Shown: one piece after another, positions 25,249 through 35,701 of the stretch
How positions within the stretch are numbered: position 1 is the stretch's first letter
How the letters are laid out: the number at the start of each line of letters is the position of its first letter
Assembly: GCA_963823555.1 (NCBI GenBank)
Contig: CAWGMA010000001.1
Coordinates: forward strand, 128,001 to 192,000
DNA length: 64,000 nucleotides
Source of the DNA: Candidatus Eiseniibacteriota bacterium
GTDB lineage: Bacteria > Eisenbacteria > RBG-16-71-46 > CAVPCR01
Reading direction: 5' to 3'
The notes under the pieces: generated by a model
Database searches by the model: none
The model's input: the letters and a program-made list of their open reading frames with translations, nothing else
Told to the model about the DNA's origin: nothing
Position numbers and translations under genes: made by a program

Positions 25249-26562
25249 CTAGGGTCCGCCGTGCTGGTGGGCGCCGGAATGTTCTTCGGATCCTGCGCCC
25301 ATGCCGGCGAGCGCCGCCTTGAGCTGGCTCTCCGAGTCGATGAGGAAGTGGGCGCCGACCACGACCTCCTCGCCGGCCTCGACGCCTGCGAGGACGATGA
25401 CGTTCTCGCCCAGCCGCTGGCCGAGCCGTACCGAGCGGGGTTCGTAGCGACCGCCGCCGGCGGCGACGAGCACGATCTGCTCCTCACCCGAGTCGAGGAC
25501 CGCGTTCGCCGGCACCTGAAGCGCGTCCCCCAGTGGGACTTCCAGCTCGACATTGGCGAACATGCCCGGCTTGAGCTTCATCTCTCGGTTATCGAAGACG
25601 AATCGGACCTGGGCCGTGCGCGTGCGTTCATCAAGATACGGGTAGATGTAGTCGATGCGGCCGCGGAAGGTCTCGCCCGGATAGTAGGAGAGGGCGACCT
25701 TGGCCTCCTGGCCGACGCGGACGAGCGGGAGCTCGTACTCGTAGACGGCGGCGTTGATCCACACCCGGCTCAGGTCGGCGATGAGATACATCTCTTCCCC
25801 CGGCATCACGCGCATGCCGTCGAGCGCCTTCTTCTCGACCACGATGCCGCTCGAGTGGGACACGATGTCGATCGTGGTGCGCGCCTGGCCGCTGGTGGCG
25901 ATGGCATCGATGTCGCTCGGCCGGATGTCCCACAGCTCGAGACGCCGCCGCGCCGCCTGGGCGAGCGTCGCTCCGGAGTCCCCGCCCATCGCCAGGGCCC
26001 GGATCAGCTCCTCCTGGGTCGCCAGCAGCTCTGGGCTGTAGAGGCTGAAGAGCGGCTCCCCCTGCCGGACCTGTTGTCCGGTATTGGCCACGTAGGCCTT
26101 GCCGATCCAGCCCTCGACCTTGGTGTGCACGTGATGGAGCCCGGACTCGTTGTACTCGACGGTGCCCACGGCCCGGATCTGCTGCTGGGCCGGACCGCGC
26201 TCGACGTGCGCCAGGCGGACCCCGATCCGCTGCTCCATCTCCGGCGTGAGGGTGACCGGAACTCGCATCGGCATGCCAGCCGAGGAGGGAGCGGTTTCGC
26301 CGGCGGCGGTGTGGCCCGTCGGTTGGGCATCGTGGTCATGTCCGGCCGGCAGGGGATCGGATTCGATCGGCACGAGCCGCATGTTGCAGATCGGGCAGTC
26401 ACCCGGCCTGTCACTCGTGTAGGTGGGATGCATCGGGCAGTGATATCGGGTCGCGCTTGCCTCCTCCTTCTGGCCGCAGCCAGGCAGGGCGACCAGCGCC
26501 GCCAGCAAGACGGCGGCGCTGAGCGCCAGGATGAGCGGGTAGCGGGCGGTCTTGAGCTTCAT
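25249..26562 (-). CDS. cusB: CusB-like membrane fusion protein with heavy-metal-binding domain
   Basis: Lipobox LPGC; YHCPMHP..CPICNMRL; LYSPEL, LKPGMFA, FLIDSES. Confidence 0.9.
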   Translation of the reverse strand: MKLKTARYPLILALSAAVLLAALVALPGCGQKEEASATRYHCPMHPTYTSDRPGDCPICNMRLVPIESDPLPAGHDHDAQPTGHTAAGETAPSSAGMPMRVPVTLTPEMEQRIGVRLAHVERGPAQQQIRAVGTVEYNESGLHHVHTKVEGWIGKAYVANTGQQVRQGEPLFSLYSPELLATQEELIRALAMGGDSGATLAQAARRRLELWDIRPSDIDAIATSGQARTTIDIVSHSSGIVVEKKALDGMRVMPGEEMYLIADLSRVWINAAVYEYELPLVRVGQEAKVALSYYPGETFRGRIDYIYPYLDERTRTAQVRFVFDNREMKLKPGMFANVELEVPLGDALQVPANAVLDSGEEQIVLVAAGGGRYEPRSVRLGQRLGENVIVLAGVEAGEEVVVGAHFLIDSESQLKAALAGMGAGSEEHSGAHQHGGP

Positions 26563-27887
26563 GGCGTTTCTCCTGCTGCATCGGGCAGCGGCGCTGCTGT
26601 GGCGCGTGCGAGGTCGGCGATTCCCTGCATCAGGTCGGCGCGGGCGCGTGCTTCCGCCAGGCGGGCGCTCGTGAGGGCGCGCTCGGCGTCGAGGAGGTCG
26701 ATGAAGTTGGCCCGGCCGGCCTGGTAGCTGTCCCGTGCCGATGCCAGCGCCAGATCGGCCTGCGGGATGATGGTGGAGTCGTAGAGATCGGCGATGTCGC
26801 CTGTGCGGCGGACGCGGGCCGCGGCAGCGGTGATCTCGTACTGGGCGCGGTTCAGGGCGGCGGAACGGGCAGCGAGGCCCTCCTGGCGCACCGCTTCTGC
26901 TTCGCTGACCCCGGACCGCCGCGCACCCAGCCAGAGGGGAACGCTGACGCCGACTTCCACCATCCAGGCATCCGTGCCCGCTTCCGGGCTCGGCGAGTCT
27001 CCCTTGTCGATCACGAAGTACTGGAAGCCGAGCATGAAGTCGGGCCAGTAGGCGCGTCCGGCGAGATCCCGCATGGACTCGCTGGCACGGATCGATTCCT
27101 CGGCGGCAAGCACCTCGGGACGGATGGCGGCGAGCGAGTCGGCCATCGCGGGGTCCTGGTCCATCCGGTCGGCGGTGGACCGGGTCGGATGCGGGATGCG
27201 CTCGGGATCGAGATCGGCTGCGAACGGCGGCAGAGCGCTGGCCGCCGGCCGTCCCAGGAGGCGATTCATCTCGGCGCGCGTGACCTCCCGTTCTCGTTCG
27301 AGATCGAGAATCCGTCGTTCGCTCTCGGCGCGTTCCACCTCGGCGCGGGCGACGTCCTCGAGGCGGCCAACACCGGTTTCGTAGCGAACGCGCGCGATGT
27401 CGCGGATCTCCTTCAGCAGGTTGCCATCGGTTCGGGTGATGCCGATGGCCTCATCCAGATAGATGAGCTCGGCGGCCGTCCGCCGCACGTCCGCCGCCAC
27501 CTCGAGCTCGAGCGCCCGCACCTGCTCCTCGCTCATGCGCGCCGCGTGCTCAGCGGTCTCACCGGCCAGGCCGCGCTTGCCGAAGAACGGGAACTCCTGG
27601 GTGACCTTGAAATTCGACGATTGGGGGCCGCGCGCCGTGACGATGTGTTCTCCCATCCAGCCATAGGTGAAAACCGGATCGGGAAGGGTGCGCGCGAGTC
27701 CGGGGCGAGCTCTGGCCGCCTCCGCCCCGGCCCGCGCTGCCGCGAGATCCGGATTGTCGCGAAGCGCGATCCAGACCAGGCCCTCGACGGCCGGCGCCGG
27801 AGACTCCTGGGCGGTTGGTGGCGGTTCCGCGCCGGCCGGGGCCGACGCGACGATGGCGATCAGCAAGGCAACAGCGAGCGTGTGCAT
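26559..27887 (-). CDS. TolC/CusC family outer membrane factor
   Basis: ALRDNPDL, LPDP, QEFPFFGKR, YQAGRANFIDLLDA; ATGA overlap with cusB. Confidence 0.88.
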   Translation of the reverse strand: MHTLAVALLIAIVASAPAGAEPPPTAQESPAPAVEGLVWIALRDNPDLAAARAGAEAARARPGLARTLPDPVFTYGWMGEHIVTARGPQSSNFKVTQEFPFFGKRGLAGETAEHAARMSEEQVRALELEVAADVRRTAAELIYLDEAIGITRTDGNLLKEIRDIARVRYETGVGRLEDVARAEVERAESERRILDLEREREVTRAEMNRLLGRPAASALPPFAADLDPERIPHPTRSTADRMDQDPAMADSLAAIRPEVLAAEESIRASESMRDLAGRAYWPDFMLGFQYFVIDKGDSPSPEAGTDAWMVEVGVSVPLWLGARRSGVSEAEAVRQEGLAARSAALNRAQYEITAAAARVRRTGDIADLYDSTIIPQADLALASARDSYQAGRANFIDLLDAERALTSARLAEARARADLMQGIADLARATAAPLPDAAGETP

Positions 27888-28084
27888 CCGATCCTCCGGC
27901 CCTGATTGATGATCTGCGTGTCAGCGCAATCAACTACGGGCGCGACGCGCCGCGCACCGGCCAGGAGGTCGAAAGTCGGCTCGGCCAGGCTTGCGCGAAC
28001 GCCGGGTATGCCTATCTATAGCAGCAACGATGGACTGCCGCACGGAGCCCAGGCGCTGCGGCGATGAGCATGATCAGGCGGGGA

Positions 28085-28459
28085 TCAGATGAGCAGAATG
28101 CAGTGGAGGGTGCGGAGCGGTACCGCGAGCGCGAGATGAGGGCAGGCGCTCGGGGTGCCCTGGAGGGCGCGTTCCGGCGCCGGTGCGGAGACGGGGAGCG
28201 GGACCGAGAACTCGGAGATCACCAGTTCCACGCGCTCGAGCGCCTGGGTGCGCGGGATTCCGTCCTCGCCACAACGTCGCACCTCGGGGCCCTGGCATGG
28301 GCAGCCCTTGGCCATCGCGGGGGTTCCCGCGGGAGCCCCCGCCTCAGCGTCGCCGGGCAGGCAGCAGCCGCACTCCCGCCCGAACCCAAGGCAGGTCACG
28401 GGAGGCAGGAGGCTCAGCGCGAGGCCGAGCAGGACGAGAAGTGTCGGGACAGAGCGCAT
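28085..28459 (-). CDS. Small Cys-rich hypothetical protein upstream of the cus operon
   Basis: Signal-like N-terminus, CGCC and CPC, ends LHCILLI; co-oriented with the metal efflux operon. Confidence 0.5.
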   Translation of the reverse strand: MRSVPTLLVLLGLALSLLPPVTCLGFGRECGCCLPGDAEAGAPAGTPAMAKGCPCQGPEVRRCGEDGIPRTQALERVELVISEFSVPLPVSAPAPERALQGTPSACPHLALAVPLRTLHCILLI

Positions 28460-28601
28460 TCGATGATTCAGTCGTTCGGGTTCATGACACCGTTCGGGTC
28501 GCTGCCGGGGGGGGCGGACCCACCTCGAGAATCTAGCACGACTACCCGGTCATCGGCACAAAAGGTCCCGATCTTGCCGGGCGTTGGGGCCAGGCCCTAG
28601 C

Positions 28602-30866
28602 TCATGGTGTGACCACGAGTTTCAGCGATTCGCGCTGGCCTCCCCCCTCGACCTCGGCGATATAGACCCCGGGCGCCGTCCGCATGCCGCCAGCATCCCG
28701 GCCGTCCCAGACGACCGCGTGGACGCCGGCCGGGCGGGTCGAGGCGGGAACCAGCTCGCGCACCACGCGCCCCGACATGTCGAGGATGCGCACGCGCATC
28801 TGCGCAGTTGCCGCCAGTTCGAAGCGCAACGTGGTCGAGCCGGCGACCGGGTTCGGCGTGCTGGCGAGATTGAGCCGGGGCGCGGATGCACGGCCCGCCT
28901 GGTGGGTGGCCACCGCCTCGCTCTGGGGCTCGCGCAGGCCGAAGATGGACACCGGCTGCGGGCCCTGCGGAATGTTGGCGCCGCGAACCCTCACGATCCA
29001 CTCGCCCGGCAGTGGATCACCCACGAACACCTGCTCCACGTTGTTGCGCCGGTCGATACCGGTCGCCGCGGGCGCGTCAGGGACGGCGGGGTCGAGTACC
29101 CACGGCAGATACGTGGCGGCCAGCGGGTCCACGAGCTCGAGGTCGAGATCGTTGACGAGCGCGATGGCGGCACCCTCGGCGCCCGCCGGATCATCCCAGG
29201 TGATCGTGACCTTGACCGGATCGCTGCCGTCCACGGCGAGGGGGAACTCGAGGATGTCATCCTGGGCCACCATCTCCTCGCGGATCTCCAGGCTGTCGAT
29301 GACGGCCACGGCGGCGACGAGATCGATCTGGCCGTACCCGCTCCGGTAGTCGGGCCCCGGATTGAAGCGATCGGTGGCCGAATGCATGAGCAAGCCGCGC
29401 ACGGTGGACGGCCACGGCTGGTGGCCGGTGACGAGGCGGAAGCGTTCCATGACGAGTGCCGCCGAGCCGGTGCCGGCGGGAGCCGCCATCGAAGTTCCGG
29501 TGAGCACCGCGTAGCCGCCGCCCGGATTGGCCGACTTGATCCCGCCGTCGCCCTGACGCTCGTCGCCGGCGGCTACCACCTCGGGCTTGATGCGACCATC
29601 GTCGACCGGTCCCCAGCTCGAGAAATCGCTCATCGAGCCGTCATCGGAGTTGAGGGCGCCGACACAGATCAGGTTCTTGGCTGGCTTCGGCGGGTTGATG
29701 TTCCCGAAATTCACGTAGGGCGGCGTGCAGCTCATGCCGCAGTCGCAGTCGTTGCGCTCGTTGCCGGCGGAGAACGTGATGTTGATCCGCCGCCCGTGGA
29801 GTCCAGTGATGATCTCGTCGAGCGGCGGGGCATCGAAGCGGTAGTCGCCATAGATCGAGCAGTTCGAACTACTGACCCCGGTGCCCCAGGAGTTGGTCGT
29901 GATCTCGACGCCGTAGGTGTTGACGATGCCGGCGTACTTGGCGAGGTGACTGGAGTAGGTGTAGGAGTAGATGCGGGCGCCGGGCGCCATGCCGCGCCAT
30001 TGCTCTGCCGTGCCGCCGTTGGCGGCCGAGTTGATCCCGGTGCCACCGAGGGTGCCGGCCACGTGGGTCGAGTGCTGGCTGTTCGACGCGTTGTCGACCA
30101 CGGTCAGGCGGCCGGCGAAGTCAGGGTGAGCGGGATCGATCCGCCCGCCATCGATGACGGCGACGTCGATGTCGGCACCGCTCAAGCCGTAAGGCGGGTT
30201 CTGGACCGCGCCCGCGCCGATGAGCGCCCGGGACCCGTCGTTCTCGAGCTCGATGGGCGGGCCGATCTCGTCGACGAAGGCCACCCCATCCTCTGCCGCG
30301 ATGAGAAGCAGCTGACCGGGATCGGCGAGGACCGTGTAGCGATGGTGGGGGAGGAGCACCTCGACGATCTCCGTGTTCAGGGCTGCGAGCCGGGACTCCG
30401 CTTCGATCGCCGGGATGTCCGGGTAGAAGCGGACGTTCAGGAGGGCACGACCGTCGGGAGCTCGAGCCCAGTCGTCGATGCCGCTGGCGATGAGCGACGG
30501 ATGCACCTTGTCCGTCGGCGAGAGGATCGCTATCCCGGCGAGGTGCTCGGCCGCAGCGGGTGAGAGGTCGGGGGGCAGCGTCACGGCGAACGCATCGTCC
30601 GGGAGGTAGTGATGGAAGACGACGCCGAGCGCCTCGAGCGCCCGCCGGTGCGTGTCGCGTCCGTTCCGTTCGATGACGATGACGAGATGTCGCGCGGCGG
30701 GGATGCTGATCTCCCTGGCCACAGCCGCGGGCCGCCGTTCGGGTTCGATGCTTCGAGCCAGGAGGTGGATGGCGCCGCTGGCGGGTGCGCTGGCCAGGAC
30801 GAGCAGGCACAGGACTACGAGCGCGGCGACGGTCTTCTGGCGAGCGACGCTCACTGGACGGCGCAT
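28602..30866 (-). CDS. Secreted S8 serine peptidase with C-terminal FlgD-Ig/T9SS-like domain
   Basis: Catalytic triad VAVIDGG / HSTHVAGT / GTSMAAP; LVNDLDL; PNP...WDGRD..G...PGVY. Confidence 0.92.
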   Translation of the reverse strand: MRRPVSVARQKTVAALVVLCLLVLASAPASGAIHLLARSIEPERRPAAVAREISIPAARHLVIVIERNGRDTHRRALEALGVVFHHYLPDDAFAVTLPPDLSPAAAEHLAGIAILSPTDKVHPSLIASGIDDWARAPDGRALLNVRFYPDIPAIEAESRLAALNTEIVEVLLPHHRYTVLADPGQLLLIAAEDGVAFVDEIGPPIELENDGSRALIGAGAVQNPPYGLSGADIDVAVIDGGRIDPAHPDFAGRLTVVDNASNSQHSTHVAGTLGGTGINSAANGGTAEQWRGMAPGARIYSYTYSSHLAKYAGIVNTYGVEITTNSWGTGVSSSNCSIYGDYRFDAPPLDEIITGLHGRRINITFSAGNERNDCDCGMSCTPPYVNFGNINPPKPAKNLICVGALNSDDGSMSDFSSWGPVDDGRIKPEVVAAGDERQGDGGIKSANPGGGYAVLTGTSMAAPAGTGSAALVMERFRLVTGHQPWPSTVRGLLMHSATDRFNPGPDYRSGYGQIDLVAAVAVIDSLEIREEMVAQDDILEFPLAVDGSDPVKVTITWDDPAGAEGAAIALVNDLDLELVDPLAATYLPWVLDPAVPDAPAATGIDRRNNVEQVFVGDPLPGEWIVRVRGANIPQGPQPVSIFGLREPQSEAVATHQAGRASAPRLNLASTPNPVAGSTTLRFELAATAQMRVRILDMSGRVVRELVPASTRPAGVHAVVWDGRDAGGMRTAPGVYIAEVEGGGQRESLKLVVTP

Positions 30867-31053
30867 GGTCGGGCCTCCGGTCTTGGTGGAGAAGGCTGGC
30901 AACGAGCCGAACGAGCGGCCCCGTTCGCGGCGATGCGCGGCGGCCATCGCCCCGTGATTATACCGCTCGATTTGCCCTGGCGGGGCCTCATCCCTATAGT
31001 CGGCGCCGGCCCCGAAGCGAGAGCTGCGGGCCGGCCCCGAGGGAGAACCGAAC

Positions 31054-31497
31054 ATGTTGACCGATCGCCTGAGCGAGGACCTGAAGGTGGCCATGAAGGC
31101 GCGGGAGAGCGAGCGGGTCGGCGTCATCCGGATGGTGCTCGCCGACCTCAAGAACGCGCGCATCCAGAAGGGCGTCGATCTCACCGCGGATGATGAGATC
31201 CAGGTGCTCAAGCGCGGCATCAAGATGCGCAGCGACTCCACCGAGCAGTTCCGCCACGGCGGGCGCGAGGAACTCGCCGCCAGGGAGGAGCGCGAGGCCG
31301 AGATCCTGCGTGCCTACTTGCCGCAGCAGCTGACCGGGAGCGACCTGGCCCGCGTCGTCGACGAAGCCGTGAGCCGCGCCGGCGCCACCGGCCCCAAAGA
31401 CATGGGCGCGGTGATGAAGCTCGTCATGGGCGAGCACGGATCGATCGTCGACGGCAAGGAGGTCCAGGCCCTGGTGCGCGCCCGTCTCGGCGGCTGA
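31054..31497 (+). CDS. GatB/YqeY domain protein
   Basis: DLKVAMKARE, YLPQQL, GATGPKDMGAVMK, DGKEV. Confidence 0.93.
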   Translation: MLTDRLSEDLKVAMKARESERVGVIRMVLADLKNARIQKGVDLTADDEIQVLKRGIKMRSDSTEQFRHGGREELAAREEREAEILRAYLPQQLTGSDLARVVDEAVSRAGATGPKDMGAVMKLVMGEHGSIVDGKEVQALVRARLGG

Positions 31498-31536
31498 GCG
31501 GGCGCGCCTCGAGCTGGAACTCTCGACCCGGCGGGG

Positions 31537-31854
31537 CTAGGCGTGCGAGCGCTGGATCGCCCGCCGGATCTCCCGCTTCAGGCGGTGCCGCCGCTTCCGG
31601 GTTGTCTTGAGTACCTTGTGGTCGTGGGCCGCAAGCGCCTGATCCCGTTCCTTCTTCAGCTCGGTGAGTTGCTTCTTGATGGTGGCCTTGTTGATGCCGA
31701 GCGCGCCATGGGCATGGCGATCGATCCCGAGCTTGGCAACGAGGAAGTCGACGAGCTGTTCCTTCTTCAGGGCTGACACGCCCTCCAGCCCGTGCTTGGC
31801 CGCCATCTCGCGCAGTTCGATCACCCTGGTCTTGTGCAGCTGGTGGAAGTCCAT
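31537..31854 (-). CDS. Small basic protein with Rho N-terminal-like domain
   Basis: ELREMA...GVSALKKEQLV motif; basic coiled-coil tail; GGAGGAG RBS. Confidence 0.65.
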   Translation of the reverse strand: MDFHQLHKTRVIELREMAAKHGLEGVSALKKEQLVDFLVAKLGIDRHAHGALGINKATIKKQLTELKKERDQALAAHDHKVLKTTRKRRHRLKREIRRAIQRSHA

Positions 31855-31915
31855 CGCTCCTCCTGCAGGTTCGCCTGGATCGGAAGCACAATTCAACAGA
31901 AGAGCCGCCCGCGAA

Positions 31916-33223
31916 TCAAGGGGGAGTTGCGGTCGTGCCGGTTCCCGGGCCCATTGCCGCCCGTTCCGCCGCCTTGGCCATCTCGATGCGCTCGATCACG
32001 GGCGGGTGCGTCGCATTCCAGAATACGAGGAAGGGGTGCGGCAGCAGATTCGAGCGGTTGCTCCGCGCCATCTCCACCTTCATGGCGATGAAGGTGGCGG
32101 GGTCGCCGGTGAGCTCGAGCGAAACGCGGTCCGACTGCCGCTCGAAGTGCCGGCTCACGGCGTTGCCGATCGGAGCCACGGCGATCGTGGCGGCCGAGAC
32201 CAGCGCCAGGAGCACGGGCACGAGAGCCGGATCGGCCGGTCCGGTGAGGCGGGCTGCGGCGAGCAGGGAGGGGCTTGCCAGGAGCCGCCACAGGAGCATG
32301 AATCCGATCGCCATACCGGCAACACTCAGCGCCCATCCCTTGAGCACGTGCTGGCGTTGCCAGTGCCCGATCTCGTGGGCGACCACCGCCAGAACCTGCC
32401 GCACGTCGTGCTGCTCGCTCAACGTGTCGTAGAGGTAGATCTCGCGGCGGTCCCCGATGCCCGTGAAGAAGGCGTTGGTGTGCGCCGAGATGCGGCTCTG
32501 ATCGATGACGCGGATCTCCTTGACGGGGACTCCGGCACGCGCGGCGAGCTCGGTCACGCCGTCGCGAAGCGGTCCAGGTTCGAGGGGGGACACGGTGTAG
32601 AAGAGGGGCAGGATGAGCGTATGCCACGCGATCGCGAACACGAAGGTGGCCACAGCAGCGACCGGTGTGATGACCGCGGGCCATGAACGCGGGAATCGGC
32701 GCAGGACCGCGAAAAATACCGCGAACAGGAAGAGCTCGATGAGGAGGGAAACGGCATGCCCCTTGGCGAGGCGCAGCAGCCAGGGACCGAAGGCAAGCCG
32801 GCGGAAGCCGAATCGTCCCTCCAGCACGTAGCCGTGGTAGTAGTCGATGGGCAACTGCAGAAGGCGGAGCCCTGCACCCAGGATGAGCGCGACCAGGATC
32901 GCCGCGAGAAGCGGTTGGCCGCCGGAGAGGGCGAGGCTCCTGTCCGCCAGCCAGCGCCCGCCGCCCGCCAGGAGACAGAGGGCCAGGACCCCGAAGAAGA
33001 TGCAGTCGCGCGCCACCCCGCCCGGGATGAACGACTGCCGGTACTGGCGGCCGGTCTCGATGTCCTCGCTCGTGAAGTAGCGAAGGACCCGCTCTTGCCA
33101 CCCGGGATCGCGGTTGCCGCGTGCGGCCAGGCCGGCCTCCAGGAAGGACCAGAGAATCGGCAGCGCGACGATGAGAACAAGGAGCAGGCGGGCGGTGTCC
33201 AGGCCACGTGGTCGGGCGTCCAT
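31916..33223 (-). CDS. M48 (Ste24-like) membrane zinc metalloprotease
   Basis: NAFFTGIG, LYDTL, AHEIGH, SRHFERQSD, THPP. Confidence 0.92.
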   Translation of the reverse strand: MDARPRGLDTARLLLVLIVALPILWSFLEAGLAARGNRDPGWQERVLRYFTSEDIETGRQYRQSFIPGGVARDCIFFGVLALCLLAGGGRWLADRSLALSGGQPLLAAILVALILGAGLRLLQLPIDYYHGYVLEGRFGFRRLAFGPWLLRLAKGHAVSLLIELFLFAVFFAVLRRFPRSWPAVITPVAAVATFVFAIAWHTLILPLFYTVSPLEPGPLRDGVTELAARAGVPVKEIRVIDQSRISAHTNAFFTGIGDRREIYLYDTLSEQHDVRQVLAVVAHEIGHWQRQHVLKGWALSVAGMAIGFMLLWRLLASPSLLAAARLTGPADPALVPVLLALVSAATIAVAPIGNAVSRHFERQSDRVSLELTGDPATFIAMKVEMARSNRSNLLPHPFLVFWNATHPPVIERIEMAKAAERAAMGPGTGTTATPP

Positions 33224-33276
33224 GACGGAAGTCTAGCGCACGGGCCGCGGGGGCGGGAATCCCGTTGCGCAGGGGG

Positions 33277-34284
33277 CTACTTCCGGGAGCCCGAACCGAT
33301 CCGCTCGCGGGCGATGAGCCCGGCTCCCAGCGCCACGGCGTCATCGCCGAGGCGCGCCAAGGTGATGCGCACCCGGCGCTCCCGGTCGGGAAGAAGGAAT
33401 CTCTCCCGGGCGCTCCGGCGGATGCCGACCACGAAACGCGGGCCCAGCGCTTCGATGAGCCCACCGCCGAAGACGACGACACCCGGGTCGAGCAGGTTGA
33501 CGAGGTTCCCGGCGAGTACGCCGAGGGCCTTCTGGGCGCGGGTCAGCACCTCCATGGTGAGGGCGTCACGCGCCCGGTAGGCGTCAGCAATAGCGCTCGA
33601 GCGTAGGATCTGGCGGGTATCATCACCAGCCATGAAGAACGGTGAAAGCTGAGTCTCGCGTCCGGCCTCGACCGCGGCGTGAATGGCGCGGACGACCCCG
33701 CTCCGGCTGGCGATCGCCTCGATGCAACCGCGGCGCCCGCAGCCGCACAGACGATCATCCGCCACGATCGCCATGTGGCCGATCTCCCCGGCAGCCTGGC
33801 GCATCCCTTCATGGATCCGGCCGCCGAGGACGATTCCGCCGCCGATTCCGGTGCCGACGAAGATGCCGATGAGATCGCCTCTGCCCCGTCCCGCCCCCAG
33901 GCGATGTTCGGCGAAGGCTCCGGCATTGGCGTCGTTCTCGAGCGCGAAGGGAATGTCGAGTTCCTTGCCGAGCAGCTCGGGTAGCGGCACCTCATCGAAA
34001 CCGCGCAGGTTCGGGGCGGTCCGGACGATGCCGGATTCCGGGTCGATCACGCCGGGAGCGGCGATGCCCGCGGCTCCGATCCGGCGGCGTGGAACGCGCG
34101 CCCGGCGTATCGCCAGGCGGGCCGTGTGGGCGATGCGCGCGACCACCCGCTCCACACCCTCATCACCGCCGGTTCGCGCGCGGGCGCGGCCGAGCAGCCG
34201 GCCCCGGCGGTCGGTGACGAGGGCGAGGATCTTGGTGCCCCCGAGGTCGATGCCCAGCGTGAGCTTCCCGCGCTGTGGCTTCAC
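33277..34284 (-). CDS. ROK family sugar kinase (glucokinase-like)
   Basis: GIDLGGTK, ENDANA, GTGIGGG, GEIGH, CGCGRRGCIE. Confidence 0.92.
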   Translation of the reverse strand: MKPQRGKLTLGIDLGGTKILALVTDRRGRLLGRARARTGGDEGVERVVARIAHTARLAIRRARVPRRRIGAAGIAAPGVIDPESGIVRTAPNLRGFDEVPLPELLGKELDIPFALENDANAGAFAEHRLGAGRGRGDLIGIFVGTGIGGGIVLGGRIHEGMRQAAGEIGHMAIVADDRLCGCGRRGCIEAIASRSGVVRAIHAAVEAGRETQLSPFFMAGDDTRQILRSSAIADAYRARDALTMEVLTRAQKALGVLAGNLVNLLDPGVVVFGGGLIEALGPRFVVGIRRSARERFLLPDRERRVRITLARLGDDAVALGAGLIARERIGSGSRK

Positions 34285-34407
34285 GGCCGCTCCTCAATCA
34301 TGATCTTTCCTCTCAGATGGAATGGGTCGCCGCGCGTCTTGCCGTGAGATTGCCAGTCGCCAATCCCACCCTTGCCCCTGGCGGCCGGGTCCACGTAGGC
34401 TCAAGCG

Positions 34408-34863
34408 ATGACCCCAGCCGAGACGCACTCGCAGCAGGACGGCGGTGAGCGCCAGCACCGGAACCTGCAGGCCTGCGCCATTCCGTATCGTATCGAAGCC
34501 GGCACCATACAGTATCTCCTGGTCACGACCTCGAGTGGAGACCACTGGATCTTTCCCAAGGGTATCGTGGATCCTGGATTCACGCCGGCCGAGGCCGCCT
34601 TGCAGGAGGCCTTCGAGGAGGCCGGTGTGCGCGGCGAGCTCTCTCCTCGACCGCTGGCCTCTTTCGAGCGGCACAAGTGGGGACGCCAGTGGGAGGTCCA
34701 CGTGTTCAGCTTGAGCTGCGAGATCTTGGCCGAGGACTGGCTCGAGAACTGGCGCCAGCGACGCTGGGCGAACTACGACGAGGCGAGAAAGCTGCTCGAG
34801 AAGCCCATGGCCCGAGCCCTCCGTGAGGTCCATCGCACTCTGACCGGGGAGAGCGGCGAGTGA
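34408..34863 (+). CDS. NUDIX hydrolase
   Basis: WIFPKG...AALQEAFEEAGV Nudix box. Confidence 0.88.
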   Translation: MTPAETHSQQDGGERQHRNLQACAIPYRIEAGTIQYLLVTTSSGDHWIFPKGIVDPGFTPAEAALQEAFEEAGVRGELSPRPLASFERHKWGRQWEVHVFSLSCEILAEDWLENWRQRRWANYDEARKLLEKPMARALREVHRTLTGESGE

Positions 34864-34932
34864 CCGGCCGGAGGCACTCTGGAGCCCAGCACTCATGCCC
34901 ACCATCATGACCGCCTCGGCAACCGTAGCCGA

Positions 34933-35646
34933 TCAGGCGTTGCCGTAGACGGGGATCGCGGCTCCGTGGATCACGCGCGCTGCATCAGAGCACAGGAAGA
35001 CGATGACGCTCGCGATCTCCTCCGGTCGCGGCCAGCGCGTATGATCGGCCTCCGGCATCGCGGCGCGGTTTGCGGCAGTATCGAAGATGCTCGGCACCAC
35101 CGAGTTGACGTTGATCCCGCTCCCCTTGACTTCCTCGGCGAGTGAATCGAAGAGCGCAAGCGCTGCCGCCTTGGAGGCCGCATACGCGGCGGCTCCGGGC
35201 GCGCGAGCATGGCCCGCCCGCGCGGCGACCTGGACGATCGATCCGCGCCCCGCTTCAAGCATGACGGGTACCGTGGCGCGAGCGAGGAGGAAACCGGGAG
35301 TCAGGTTGAGCGCCAGCATGCGATCGAGGACCCGCGAATCCGCCGCCCAGAGGTTCTCCCCTCCCGCGTAGCCGCCGGCTGCATTGACCAGGGCATCGAG
35401 ACGGCCCTCGCGGGCCACGAGGTCGCGGACCAGCGAACGGACCGCATCGGCATCGGTCAGGTCCACGTTGGCTGCGGTGAGGCATGCGGCGTCTGGTCCC
35501 GCCGCTTCACGCAATGCGGCAACATCCTCCATCCGGCGTGTCGTGACGGTGACGCGCGCCCCGCGCGCGAGGAAGGCAAGGCTGACCGCTCTGCCGAGGG
35601 CCCCTGTCCCTCCAGCCACAAGCACGATCTGGCCCTTGGTGGACAT
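34933..35646 (-). CDS. SDR family oxidoreductase
   Basis: AGGTGALG, LVNAAGG, YAASK, DTAANR. Confidence 0.92.
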   Translation of the reverse strand: MSTKGQIVLVAGGTGALGRAVSLAFLARGARVTVTTRRMEDVAALREAAGPDAACLTAANVDLTDADAVRSLVRDLVAREGRLDALVNAAGGYAGGENLWAADSRVLDRMLALNLTPGFLLARATVPVMLEAGRGSIVQVAARAGHARAPGAAAYAASKAAALALFDSLAEEVKGSGINVNSVVPSIFDTAANRAAMPEADHTRWPRPEEIASVIVFLCSDAARVIHGAAIPVYGNA

Positions 35647-35701
35647 GGTTTTCACCTCCGGGGCGAGAGTTCCCTGCCCCCCCCTCAGGGTCGCCGATCG
35701 C

